A stretch of DNA of 64,000 nt, taken from assembly GCF_009914755.1 (NCBI RefSeq), contig NC_060930.1. One strand, given 5' to 3'. The notes beneath the pieces are model-generated. The model did no database searches. It had not been told where the DNA came from and saw only the letters and a program-made list of their open reading frames with translations. Made by a program: the position numbers and the translations under genes. This document shows, piece after piece, positions 47,467-60,100 of this stretch. Positions within the stretch are counted from its first letter, which is position 1; every line of letters starts with the position of its first letter. Source of the DNA: the human T2T-CHM13v2.0 reference genome, Homo sapiens.

Positions 47467-50400
47467 GGCTGACTCTCTTTTCGGACTCAGCCCGCCTGCA
47501 CCCAGGTGAAATAAACAGCCATGCTGCTCACACAAAGCCTGTTTGGTGGTCTCTTCACACCGACGCACATGAAATTTGGTGCTGTGACTTGGATCAGGGG
47601 ACCTCCCTTGGGAGATCAATCCCCTGTCCTCCTGTTCTTTGCTCTATGAAAAAGATCCACCTGCAAACTCAGGTCCTCAGACCCACCAGCCCAAGGAACA
47701 TCTCACCAATTTTAAATCGGGTAAGCGGCCTCTTCTTACTCTCTTCTCCAACCTCTCTCACTATCCCTCAACCACTTTCTCCTTTCCACTCTTTAATCTC
47801 TCCCTTCTCTTAATTTCAATTCCTTTCATTTTCTGGTAGAGACAAAGGAGACACGTTTTATCTGTGGACCCAAAACTCCGGCGCTGGTCACGGACTGGGA
47901 AGGCAGTCTTCCCTTGGGGTTTAATCATTGCAGGAAAGCCTCTCTGATTATTCACCCACGTTTCAGAGGTGTCAGACCATGCAGGGACACCTGCCTTGGT
48001 CCTTCACCCTTAGCGGCAAGTCCCGCTTTTCTGGGGGAGGTGCAAGTACCCCAGCCTCGTATCTCTGCACCCCGATCCCTTATTTTCACGCCCTAACCTC
48101 TTATATCTCTGCACCCTGATCCCTTATTTCTGTGCCCCAACTTCGTATCTGTGCGCCCCAACCCCTTTCCTGCTTTTCTGGAGGGTAAGAACCCCCGAAC
48201 CACTTCCCTCCGTGTCTCTACTCTCCCTTTTCTTTAAACTTTCCTCCTTCACTATAGGCAATCTTCCACCCTCCATTCCTCCTTCTTCTCCCTTAGCTTG
48301 TGTTCCCAAAAACTTAAAACCTCTTCAACTCACACCTGACCTAAAACCTAAATGCCTTATTTGCTTCTGCAATGCTGCTTGACCCCAATACAAACTCGAC
48401 AGTAGTTCCAAATAGCCAGAAAACCACACTTTCAATTTTTCCATACTGCAAGATCTAAATAATTCTTGTAAAATAGGCAAACAGTCTGAGGTGCCTGACG
48501 TCCAGGCATTCTTTTACACATCGGTCCCTTCCTAGTCTCTGTGCCCAATGTAACTCATCCCAAATCTTCCTCCTTTCCCTCCCGCCTGTCCCCTCAGTCC
48601 CAACTCCAAGTGTTGCTGAGTCTTTCTAATCTTCCTTTTCTACAGACCCATCTGACATCTCCCCTCCTTGCCTGGCTGAGCTAGGTCCCAATTCTTCCTC
48701 AGCCTCCATTCCTCCACCCTATAATCCTTTTATAACCTCCCCTCCTCACACCCGGTCAGACTTACGGTTTTGTTCTGCAACTAGCCCCCCAACCCCAACC
48801 TGCCCAGCAATTTCCTCTTAAAAAGGTGGCTGGAGCTAAAGGCATAGTCAAGGTTGATGCTCCTTTTTCTGTATCCGACCTCTCCCAAATCAGTTAGCGT
48901 TTCGGCTCTTTTTTATCAAATATGAAGAACCCAGCCCAGTTCACGGCTCATTTGGCAGCAACCCTGAGACGCTTTACAGCCCTAGACCCAAAAAGTCAAA
49001 AGGCCGTCTTATTCTCAGTATACATTTTATTACCCAATCCACTCCCAACTTTAAATAAAACTCCAAAAATTAAATTCCAGCCCTCAAACTCCACAACAGG
49101 ACTTAATTAACCTCGCCTTCAAGGTGTAAAATAATAGAAAAAAGGCAATTCCTTGTCTCCACTGTGAGACAAACCGCAGCCATATCTCCAGCACACAAGA
49201 ACTTCCAAACGCCTGAACTGCAGCGGCCAGGCGTTCCTCCAGGCCTGCCTCCCCCAGGAGCTTGCTACAAGTGCCAGAAATCTGGCCACCAGGCCAAGGA
49301 ATGCCTGCAGCCTGAGATTCCTCCTAAGCTGCGTCCCATCTGTGTGGGACCCCACTGAAAATCGGACTGTTCAACTCACCTGGCAGCCACTCCCAGAGCC
49401 CCCAGGACTCTGGCCCAAGGCTCTCTGACTGACTCCTTCCCAGATCTTCTCAGCTTAGCAGCTGAAGACTGACACCGCCCAATCGCCTCGGAAGCCTACA
49501 GGACCATCACAGACGCTCTGGGTAACTCTCACAGTGGAGGGTAAGTCTGTCCCCTTCTTAATCAATACGGAGGCTACCCACTCCACATTACCTTCTTTTC
49601 AAGGGCCTGTTTCCCTTGCCTCCATAACTGTTGTGGGTATTGACGACCAGGATTGTAAACCTCTTAAAACTCCTGAAATCTGGTGCCAATTTAGACAATA
49701 CTCTTTTAAGCACTCCTTTTTAGTTATCCCCACCTGCCGAGTTCCCTTATTAGGCCGAGACACTGTAACTAAATTATCTGCTTCCCTGACTATTCCTGGG
49801 CTACAGCTGCGCCTCATTGCCACCTTTTCCCCCAGTTCAGAGCCTCCTTCACATCCTCCTCTTTTATCCCCCCACCTTAACCCACAAGTATAGGATACCT
49901 CTACTCCCTCCTTGGTGACAGATCATGCACCCCTTACCATCTCATTAAAACCTAATCACCCTTACCCCACTCAATGCCAATATCCCATCCCACAGCACGC
50001 TTTAAAAAGATTAAAGCCTGTTATCATTCACCTGCTACAGCATGGCCTTTTAAAGCCTATAAACTCTCCTTACAATTCCCCAATTTTACCTGTCCTAAAA
50101 CCAGACAAGCCTTACAGTTAGCTCAGGATCTGCGCCTTATCAACCAAATTGTTTTGCCTATCCACCCCGTGATGCCAAACCCATATACTCTCCTATCCTC
50201 AATACCTGCCTCTACAACCCATTATTCTGTTCTAGATCTCAAACATGCTTTCTTTACTATTCCTTTGCACCCTTAATCCCAGCCTCTCTTTGCTTTCACT
50301 TGGACTGACCCTGACACCCATCAAGCTCAGCAAATTACCTAGGCTGTACTGCCACAAAGCTTCACAGACAGCCCCCCTTACTTCAGTCAAGCCCAAATTT

Positions 50401-53253
50401 CTTCCTCATCTGTTACCTATCTCGGCATAATTCTCATAAAAACACATGTGCTCTCCCTGCCAATCGTGTCCGACTGATCTCTCAAACCCCGGTACCTTCT
50501 ACAAAACAACAACTCCTTTCCTTCCTAGGCATGGTTAGCATGGTCAGAATTCTTACACAAGAGCCAGGAAAACACCCTGTAGCCTTTCTGTCCAAACAAC
50601 TTGACCTTACTGTTTTAGCCTAGCCCTCATGTCTGCGTGCAGCAGCTGCCACTGCTTTAATACATTTAGAGGCCCTCAAAATCACAAACTATGTTCAACT
50701 CACTCTCTACAGTTCTCATAACTTCCAAAATCTATTTTCTTCCTCATACCTGACGCATATAATTTCTGCTTCCCAGCTCCTTCAGCTATACTCACTCTTT
50801 GTTGAGTCTCCCACAATTACCACTGTTCCTGGCCCGGACTTCAATCCGGCCTCCCACATTATTCCGGATACCACACCTGACCCTCATGACTGCATCTCTC
50901 TGATCCACCTGACGTTCACCCCCTTTCCCCACATTTCCTTCTTCCCTGTTTCTCACCCTGATCACACTTGGTTTATTGATGGAAGTTCCACCAGGACTAA
51001 TCGCCACTCACCAGAAAAAGCAGGCTATGCTATAGTATCTTCCACATCTATCATTGAGGTTACCACTCTGCCCCCCTCCACTACCTCTCAGCAAGCCGAA
51101 CTAGTTGCCTTAAGCCCTCACTCTTGCAAAAGGACTACGTGTCAATATCTATACTGATTCTAAATATGCCTTTCATATTCTGCACCACCATGTGGTCATA
51201 TGGGCTGAAAGAGGTTTTCTCACTACACAAGGGGTCCTCCATCATTAATGCCTTTTTAATAAAAACTCTACGCAAGGCCACTTTACTTCCAAAGGAAGCT
51301 GGGGTCATTCACTGCAAGGGGCATCAAAAGACATCAGATCCCATTGCTCTAGGCAATGTTTATGCTGATAAGGTGGCTAGACAAGCAGCTAGCTCTCCAA
51401 CTTCTGTCCCTCACAGCCAGTTTTTCTCCTTCACATCGGTCACTCCCACCTACTCCCCTGCTGAAACTTCCACCTATCAATCTCTTCCCACACAAGGCAA
51501 ATGGTTCTTAGACCAAGGAAAATATCTCCTTCCAGCCTCACAGTCCCATTCTATTCTGTCGTCATTTCATAACCTCTTCCATGTAGGTTACAAGCCGCTA
51601 GCCCGTCTCTTAGAACGTCTCATTTCCTTTCCGTCATGGAAATCTATCCTCAAGGAGATCACTTCTCAGTGTTCCATCTGCTATTCTACTACCCCTCATG
51701 GATTGTTCAGGCCTCCTCCCTTTCCTACTCATCAAGCTCTGGGATTTGCCCCTGCCCAGGACTGGCAAATTGACTTTACTCACATGCCTTGAGTCAGAAA
51801 ACTAAAATATATCTTAGTCTGGGTAGACATTTTCACTGGATGGGTAGAGGCCTTTCCTACAGGGTCTGAGAAGGCCAACACAGTCATTTCTTCCCTTCTG
51901 TCAGACATAATTCCTCAGTTTAGCCTTCCCACCTCTATACAGTCTGATAACGGACCAACCTTTATTAGTCAAATCAGCCAGGCATCTTTTCAGGCTCTTA
52001 GTATTCAGTGACAGACTAACGGTCTATTAAAAACATGCCTCACCAAGCTCAGCCACCAACTTAAAAAGGACTGGACAATACTTTTACCACTTTCGCTTCT
52101 CAGAATTCAGGCCTGTCCTTGGGATGCTACAAGGTACAGCCCATTTAAGCTCCTGTATAGACACTCCTTTTTATTAGGCCCCAGTCTCATTCCAGACACC
52201 AGACCAACTTAGACTGTGCCCCAAAAAGTTGTCATCCCTACTATCTTCTGTCTAGTCATACTCCTATTCACCGTTCTCAACTACTCATACATGACCTGCT
52301 CTTGTTTACACTGCCAGTTTACACTGTTTCTCCAAGCCATCACAGCTGGTATTTCCTGGTGCTATCCCCAAACTGCCACTCTAAACTCATGAAGTAAATA
52401 AATAATCTTTGCTGGCAGGACTATGCTGAATCTCCTTAGGCACTCTCTAATCAGATGTCCTGGGTCCTCCCAATTCTTAGACCTTTTATACCTGTTTTTC
52501 TCCTTCTCTTATTCCGTTGAGTTTTTCAATTCATACAAAACCGTATCCAGGCCATCATCAATAATTCTACACAAATGTTTCTTCTAACAACCCCACAATA
52601 TCACCCCTTACCACAAAATCTTCCTTCAGCTTAATCTCTCCCACTCTAGGTTCCCACACCACCCCTAATCCCACTGGAAGCAGCCCTGAGAAACATCACC
52701 CATTCTCTCTCTCCATACCACCCCCCAAAAATTTTCGCTGCCCCAACACTTCAACACTATTTTATTTTATTTTTCTTATTAATATAAGAAGGCAGGAATG
52801 TCAGGCCTCTGAGCTCAAGCCAAGTCATCACATCCCCTGTGACTTGCACGTATATATGTCCAGATGGCCTGAAGTAACTGAAGAATCACAAAAGAAGTGA
52901 ATATGCCCTGCCCCACCTTAACTGATGACATTTCACCACAAAAGAAGTGTAAATGGCCAGTCCTTGACTTAAGTGATGACATTACCCTGTGAAAGTCCTT
53001 TCTGTGGCTCATCCTGGCTCAAAAACCACCCCCACTGAGCACCTTGCGACCCCCACTCCTGCCCGCCAGAGAACAAACCCCCTTTGACTGTAATTTTCCT
53101 TTACCTACCCAAATCTTATAAAATGGCCCCACCCTTATCTCCCTTCACTGACTCTCTTTTCCCACTCAGCCCACCTGCACCCAGGTGAAATAAACAGCCA
53201 TGTTGCTCACACAAAGCCTGTTTGGTGGTCTCTTCACAGGGACACGCATGAAA
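47467..53253 (+). mobile_element. HERV-H: R-U5 only at the 5' end (47468-47574), His PBS, gag-pro-pol remnants, deleted env, complete 3' LTR7
   Basis: PBS tggtgctgtgacttggat at 47577-47594; zinc knuckle CYKCQKSGHQAKEC; protease FLINTEAT (catalytic motif mutated); RT DLRLINQ and LDLKHAFF; integrase HNLFH..CSIC and WQIDFTHMP. Confidence 0.97.
52799..53253 (+). promoter_or_regulatory. LTR7 3' LTR with TATA box (53117-53123) and AATAAA
   Basis: TGTCAGGCCTCTGAG...GCATGAAA, preceded by the polypurine tract agaaggcaggaa. Confidence 0.93.
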
Positions 53254-53397
53254 GGCCCCTTTCCGGTAACAAAGGTGCTATCAAGAAACAGAGAGGGGTT
53301 GGTTGATGCTTCTTAACCTTGTTAATATCAAATTTTCTGCATCTGAGTAGTGCTTTGAAAACCCCGGTAAGGTGTAAGACATGGGAACTTTTGTGCC

Positions 53398-53838
53398 TAT
53401 TGGAAACCAGAATATGCCACACCAAGGTATACAGGATGATTGAGCCAAAGGCAATGAAGGAGGAGATGCAGGAAAGCACTCTGCCCTCCATGTGCCTAAA
53501 AGCAGGATATAAATGTGCAAAGGCAAAGGGTTTCCATGCCCTCACCTACCAGAGAGAAGAAATGTTAACCCTTTAAGACAACATTAGCCGGTGGAGATGG
53601 TAGCAGTGGAATCTACATTAACCAGCTTTCCTAACTTGCCGTTAATTGCCCTTAGTTTACCTTTCCACAAGTTGCTATTCTGCACATTCAAAGTTCCTTT
53701 CCTTTGTTTTGTCGCTTCTCTAAAATTTTCCTTTACTTTGTTAACGATGCTATATAAGCTGTAATTCAAATTCACCTCTATGAGAATTACTCATTCCCTG
53801 GTATCTCCCATGTATATATAAAATATACATGTTAATAA
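53398..53838 (+). mobile_element. MER34-like LTR truncated at its AATAAA (part of the transduced flank)
   Basis: gaaaccagaatatgccac...gcctaaaagcagga...atatacatgttaataaa matches the recalled MER34 group. Confidence 0.7.
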
Positions 53839-54404
53839 AAAAATATGAACAATTTCTTGTCAAAATTGGAGGGCATATATTATTTAGTTTAAGGATGTAA
53901 TATAAAACTATAGCAATCAAGATAAAGTGGTATCGGCATGAGGATAAACAAATGAATTGATTGAACAGAATAAAGAGTCCTGAAGTGGATCTACAATTGA
54001 TTTTTGACCAATTTGTTGAGGTACAATAGTCAGCAGTCTCTGAATTGAAGATGTAGAGCTGTGGCTCTGGGGATTTCAAAGCAGAAAAAGTTCACAGGAA
54101 AGAGTTCTATAAAAGAGAAAACTGCACATGGAAATAACTTGGGAAATTTGTAAAGTCTACTCTTTAGGAATCTGTAAATAGTTTTAATTAATGAATGTGT
54201 ATAATTAATGTGTATTTTAATTAATTAATGTATATAATTAATGTATGTAATTAATGAATGTGTATAAGAAACCTAAACAAGGGTAGCAAAAGAACCACAC
54301 AAAATAATTAGGGCAAATTATACTTAAAGTTCACAAAGGGCAGAAAATAATACCTGTTTACAATAGCTGAAGTGGAAAATCTTTTTATTCCAGTGATCAG
54401 TTAG

Positions 54405-54650
54405 AGCTGGCTTTGGCAACTTTGGCCTGTTAGTCAAATCTGACCTATGATCTATTTTGGGATAGAATTTGAGATAAATAATTTGTACATATTAAACAGA
54501 GGTAAAAAGCAAACATACACACATAGAAACAAATAAATATGTTACAGAAATCATATATGACTTACCAAGCATAAACTGTGCACTATTATATATAAATACA
54601 ATTATACATGTTTCTTTTACAGAAAAATATTTGCTGGTCTGTTAGCTAGA
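54405..54650. mobile_element. MER58-like hAT DNA transposon
   Basis: ttggcaactttggcctgttagtcaaatctgacc...cttttacagaaaaatatttgctg. Confidence 0.6.
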
Positions 54651-55030
54651 GTATGATAAGGGTCTTTCTCAGCAGTGAGGGAAATTAATACTAGATCAAT
54701 GTTTCCTCTTGAAAAAATAAAAATTAAAGCCATGAAAGCAGGACTCAAAAATAACAAGTTATTTTCAAATAGCGTAACTGTGTTCTGAAAGAAATCTCAA
54801 GAAGAAATAATATCCAACATCTACAAATATAAAATTCACAATGTCCAGCATCCAAAAAAAGTTACTAGATATGTAAAGAAGCAGCAAAATACTACCCAAG
54901 TGAAAAGAAAAGTAAATCAATAGAAACTGACCTAAAAATGAAATAAATGATAAAAATCATTTAAATAGCATTGAAAACATATATATATATGTTAAAGAAA
55001 TTAAAGTATGAAGATCCTAAGTCGAGAAGT

Positions 55031-55064
<34 letters not shown>

Positions 55065-55086
55065 CACACACACACACATACACACA
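55031..55086. repeat. (CA)n microsatellite, interrupted
   Basis: Seen directly. Confidence 0.95.
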
Positions 55087-57155
55087 GTCTCCTAGAGATG
55101 AAAACTGCAATGTCAGAGAAAAAATACACTGGATGAAATTTATGGTAGATTAGACACTTCAGAAGAAAATATTAGTGAAATTAAAACTTAGCAATATGAA
55201 GCTTACAAAATAGAATACAGACAGGAAAAACTTTTTAAAAATCGAGACAACAATGAACTGTGAGACAACTTTAACTGAACAACTAGATGTGTGAATGGTG
55301 TTCCTGAAGACCGAAGACAAAAATTATTTGAAGAAATAAAATAAGAGCTGAAAATTATCCAAATTGAGTGAAACTATAAAGCCACAGATAAAACCAGCTT
55401 AATAAACTGCAAGAGCAAGAAACATGATGAGAACCACTAAGGTCATTAAGGTCATATTGCTTAAACCCAGTAACAGAAAACCTTAGAAGCAATAAGAGGA
55501 AAAAAAGCAAATATAAGGGTGACAAGTGGCTTTTTTTTTTTCAGAAACAATGCTAGTATACCCAGCATTATTAAGTAAGTTAACTAGCATAATATACCTT
55601 GGTATAATTCTTATCTTTCAGTAGCATAAAACAGTGGAGCCACGTCTTTAAAATAATGAAAGAAAATATCTGTCAACTTGGAATTTTTTGCCCAGTAAAA
55701 ATATTTTTCTAAAAAAAGAGGGATAATGCATTTTTCAGACAAAAGGATATATGCACCAAAAGAAATGTTAAATGGTCTTCTAGAAAAAGAAAAATAAGGG
55801 GAGGAAAACTGGATCTACAAAAGGGATAAAAGAGTGTTAGAATTGGCAACTACATGGGTTAACAAAAAGACATTATTTTTTAACATCTTCAAATAATAAT
55901 TGACTATTTAAAGCAAAACTAATAAGAACGTTTTCTTGAGGAATATAACATGAAAAGTAAAATACATGACATCAATAACACAAAGCTCTGGAGAGGAGAG
56001 ATTGAAGTAAGCTACTCTGAGGTCATTATACCATACATGAAGTAGCATGATATCACTTGAAGAGAGAGTATATTAAGCTAAAGATATATACAATAGATGC
56101 AAAACAACCACTAATATAAAACAACAAAATTATAGTTAATAAGCAAACAAGAGAGTTGAAATGAACTAAAAAGGATTGCTCAATTAATCCCAAAACATCA
56201 GAAGAAAAATAACAAAGAAAGAAATATCATACGCAATAAGAAGAAAACAAATAATAAGAGGGTAGATGTAAATTCAAACATATTGATAATCATAATTAAT
56301 GTAACTTCCAAATTATCCAATTGAAAGGAAAATATTGTTAGATTGAATAAAAAATAAACAATATTTTCTACATTCAAGAAACTCACTTTATAGTTAGGTA
56401 CTATAATCTGTCAGCCATCAAAGAACAAAAGAAAGATACACTATGCTAACACCAGAAGAAAGTTCAAATGGCAACATTAATATCAGAAAAAAAAATAGAT
56501 TTCAGATCAAATAATCATACCAGGGATATAGGAGTTTATTTCATGAAAATAAGGGTTTCAATTCATCAAGATCATGTAGCAATTTTAAACATTTATATAC
56601 CCATTAACAAAGTTTTAAAGTATATTTAGCAAGTTTTTACAGAACTTCAAACATAAATAGGCAAATTTTCAATTATAGTCAAAAATTAGTAAGGGTATAG
56701 AAAACTTGAACATTACCATCAATGAATTTTGTCTAATTAACATTTATAAAACACTTCAACTGACAAGAACAGAACACATTATTTTTAAGTGTACATGGAA
56801 TATTTACCAAGATTGACCATGCATTAAACCATACAAACTGTCTTATTAAATTAAATAGCCTTTAAGTAAAACAAAATATATCCTCTGTCCACAATGGAAT
56901 TGAGTTGGATATCAATAACATTTTATTTCAGTGTATTCAAGAATTTAAATATATTTAAATAATAGAAAAATACTACATTCTAAACAATTTATGAGCCTAA
57001 GAAAAAAATCAAAAGAGAAATAAACATATTTTAAACTAAATGAAAATAGAAACCTAACATTTCAATATTTGTTTAGTGCAATTACATCCAATCACAGGAG
57101 AAAATTTGTAACACAAAATGCTTTTTTAGAAAAAAAAAATCAATAACTTCAGTTT

Positions 57156-60100
57156 CTCGTTTCCTTTGGTAATCTAGAGAGTGGTCTATTGATCTTGTTT
57201 ATCTATTCAAACAGCCAACTCCTTGTTTCACTGATTCTTTGTTTGAATTTTTTGGTTTCAATTTTATTCTGCTCTAATTTTGATTATTTCTTTTCTTCTG
57301 GTAGCTTTAGGTTAGGTTTTCGTGTTTCTTTAGTTCTCAAATTATGATGTCGGATCTTTATTTTGAGATTTTTCTAACTTTTTGATGTAGGCATTTAGTA
57401 CTATAAACTTTCCTCTTAATGCCGCTTTTGCTACATCCCAGAGATTTTGGTATGTTGTGTCTCTATTTTCACTTATTTTAAAGATTTTTTTTTGCCTTAA
57501 TTTTGTTGTTTAACTGGAATTCATTGAGGGGCAAGTTGTTTAATTTCCATGTTATTTTGTGGTCTTTAGAGATCTACTTCGTAGTGATTTCTATTTTTAT
57601 TCTACAGTGGTCTGAAGGTATTGTTGGTATGATTTTGATTTTTTTAATTTATTAAGAGTTGCTAAATGACCAAGCATGTGGTTGGTTTTGGAGTATGTTC
57701 CGTGTGCAGATGAGAGGATGTATATTCTGTGACTGTTGGGTGAATTATTCTGTAGATGTCTACTCAGTCCAACTGGTCAAGTGTTGAATTTAAGTACAGA
57801 ATTTCTTAGTTAGCTTTCTGCCTTGCTGATCTTTCTAGTGCTGTCAGTGGGTTGATGAAGTTTCCCAAGATTATTTTGTGGCAGTCTAAGTCTTTTTTAG
57901 GTCTAGAGGTAATTTTTTTTATAGATCGAGGTGTTCTAATATTGGTTGCATGTATATTTAGGATAGTTAAATCTTCTTGTTGAATTTAATTCTTTATCAT
58001 TATGTAATGACTTCCTTTGTCACTTTTTACTGTTGTTGGTTTAAAGTCTGTTTTATCTGATATGAGAATAGTGACTTTTCCTCTTTTTTGTGTTCTATTT
58101 GTGTGACAGATTTTTATCCAACACTTTACTTTGAGCCTATTGGTGTTGTTACATGTGAGATAGCACTCCTGGAGCCAGCAGAAAGGTGGGTCTTCTTTGT
58201 TCATCCTACTTGGCCCTCTGTGCCTTTTAAGTGGGGTGTTTAGACCATTAGCGTTCAAGGTTAATATTGATACATGAGATTTTGATCCTATCATGGAATT
58301 GTTTGCTTTGTAGTTTCTATTGTGTAGTTGCTTTATAGGGTTTGTGAACTACATGCTTTAGTGTGTTTCTTGTGGTAGTAAGTATCTTTTTTTTTTTTAA
58401 TTTCTATGTTTATAACTCCCTTAAGTATCTCTCATAAAATTTATCTAGTGGTAATGAATTCCCTTAGCACTTGTTTGTCTGGAAAATATTTTATTTATCT
58501 TTCACTTATAAAGCTTAGTTTGGTGAGATATGAAATTCTTGGTTTGAATTTCTTTTCTTTCAGAATGCTGAAAATAGGCACCCAGTCTCTTCTGGTTTCT
58601 AAGATTTTGGCTGAAAAATCCACTCTTAGCCTCATGTGGTTCCCTTTGTACATAATCTGACCTTTTTCTCTAGCTGCCTTTATTATGTTTTTTTTTTTAG
58701 CATTGGTCTCGAACAGTGTGGTGACTATTTGCCTTAGTGATGTTAGTTTTGTATAGCATCTTGCAGGTGTTGTCTAGATGTTTCTTGAATGTGGATGTCT
58801 AACTCTCTAGCAAGATTAGGAAAATTTTCTTAAATTACTCCCTCAAATATGTTTTCCCAGTTGTTGTTTTTTTTCTTATATTTTTCTCAGGAATGCAAGT
58901 AGTTCACAGGTTTCATTGCTTTACGTATTGAGAAATCCCATATTTCTCAAAACTGTTCATTTTTAAAAATTCTTTTTTATTTTTCTCTGAGTTGATCAGT
59001 TTGAAAGATCATTCTTCAAGCTCTGAAATTCTTTCTTCGCTTGGTCCAGTCCATTAATAAAGTTTTCAATTGTATTTTGAAATTCCATAAGTTTTTTTAA
59101 TTCCAGAATCTCCAATTCATTTCTTTCTGAGATGATTATCTCTTCATTTATTTCCTTGATTGCTTGAAGAGTTTATTTGTGTTGATGTTCGACCTCATCT
59201 TGAATCTCATTGAGCTTGCTTGAAATCCATACTTTGAATTCTTTATCTGTCATTTCTGAGTTTCCATTTTGGTTAGGGACCATTGCTAGAGATCTAGTGT
59301 GATCCTTTGGTGGTATCACTACATTCAGATTTTTCATTTCGCAGAATTCTTGCTCTGGTTCCTTCTCATCTGCGATACTGGCACTTGTAATTTTTGTAAA
59401 TTTTTCATGCAGGTAGGATATTTTTTTCTTTCTATCACCATGATATTATTTTCTTCTTCCTTCCCCTTTCTCTCCCCTCCGCCCCACCCCCTACCAGGTG
59501 GTGTGATTGCAGAGAATATTGTGTAGGGTCTTTTGGCTTTGCTTCTATAGCCCTATGCACTTCTGTCAGCAGGTTTATATTATGTGAAGTTCAACCTACA
59601 AGCCAGTAGAGGGCCCCGATGGGTCAGAGCTTGTGGTAGTCAGTGCTGCTGGGTAAATATTTCATCCTTGTTTACCTGGAGAATTTCTCTGTTACCTTAG
59701 GCAATGGATTGACTTATGGAGCACTCAGTGGTCTGAGCTCCCTCTTCAGCCCAGGGGGGAATGGGGCAAGATGGGCAGGTCTGGACCAGGCAGGTTCTCT
59801 TATAGACCCCTCAATAGCAGGCACAAGAACCAGCATTGAGGGAGAATCAACTGGGCAGCCACCAAGCGTTCAGAGGTGTGCCTGGGTATGGAGTTGAGAA
59901 AACTCACCCCAAATTTTCTGCACACAGATGGGGACAGCCTAAACACTTAATCCAGGAGAGTGAGTGCTCCAGATGCATGGAGATCTTCCTGATCATGAAG
60001 CAGAGAGGGCCTCCTTGCACTCAGATCTCTGCACAGGAAGGGCGAGGTGGCTCAGGCTGCTAAAACAGGCAAGCAGGTGCTCCGAATGCTTAAAGATTTA

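Larger units (their letters stand above)
54070..57155 (+). mobile_element. Old L1M 5'/ORF1/ORF2-EN fragment
   Basis: A-rich L1 ORF1-like and endonuclease-like sequence (caagaaactcacttta, ccacaatggaatt); boundaries approximate. Confidence 0.7.

Noticed and set aside
48055-48165. Short tandem tatctctgcaccc repeats
   Set aside because: Ordinary feature of the HERV-H leader region.
51124-51792. 222-aa ORF
   Set aside because: HERV-H pol RNase H/integrase remnant; stops right after the first catalytic Asp motif (IDFTHMP*).
54185-54265. Repeated TAATTAATG motifs as a homeodomain site cluster
   Set aside because: Slippage-type AT-rich expansion inside an old L1; no independent support.
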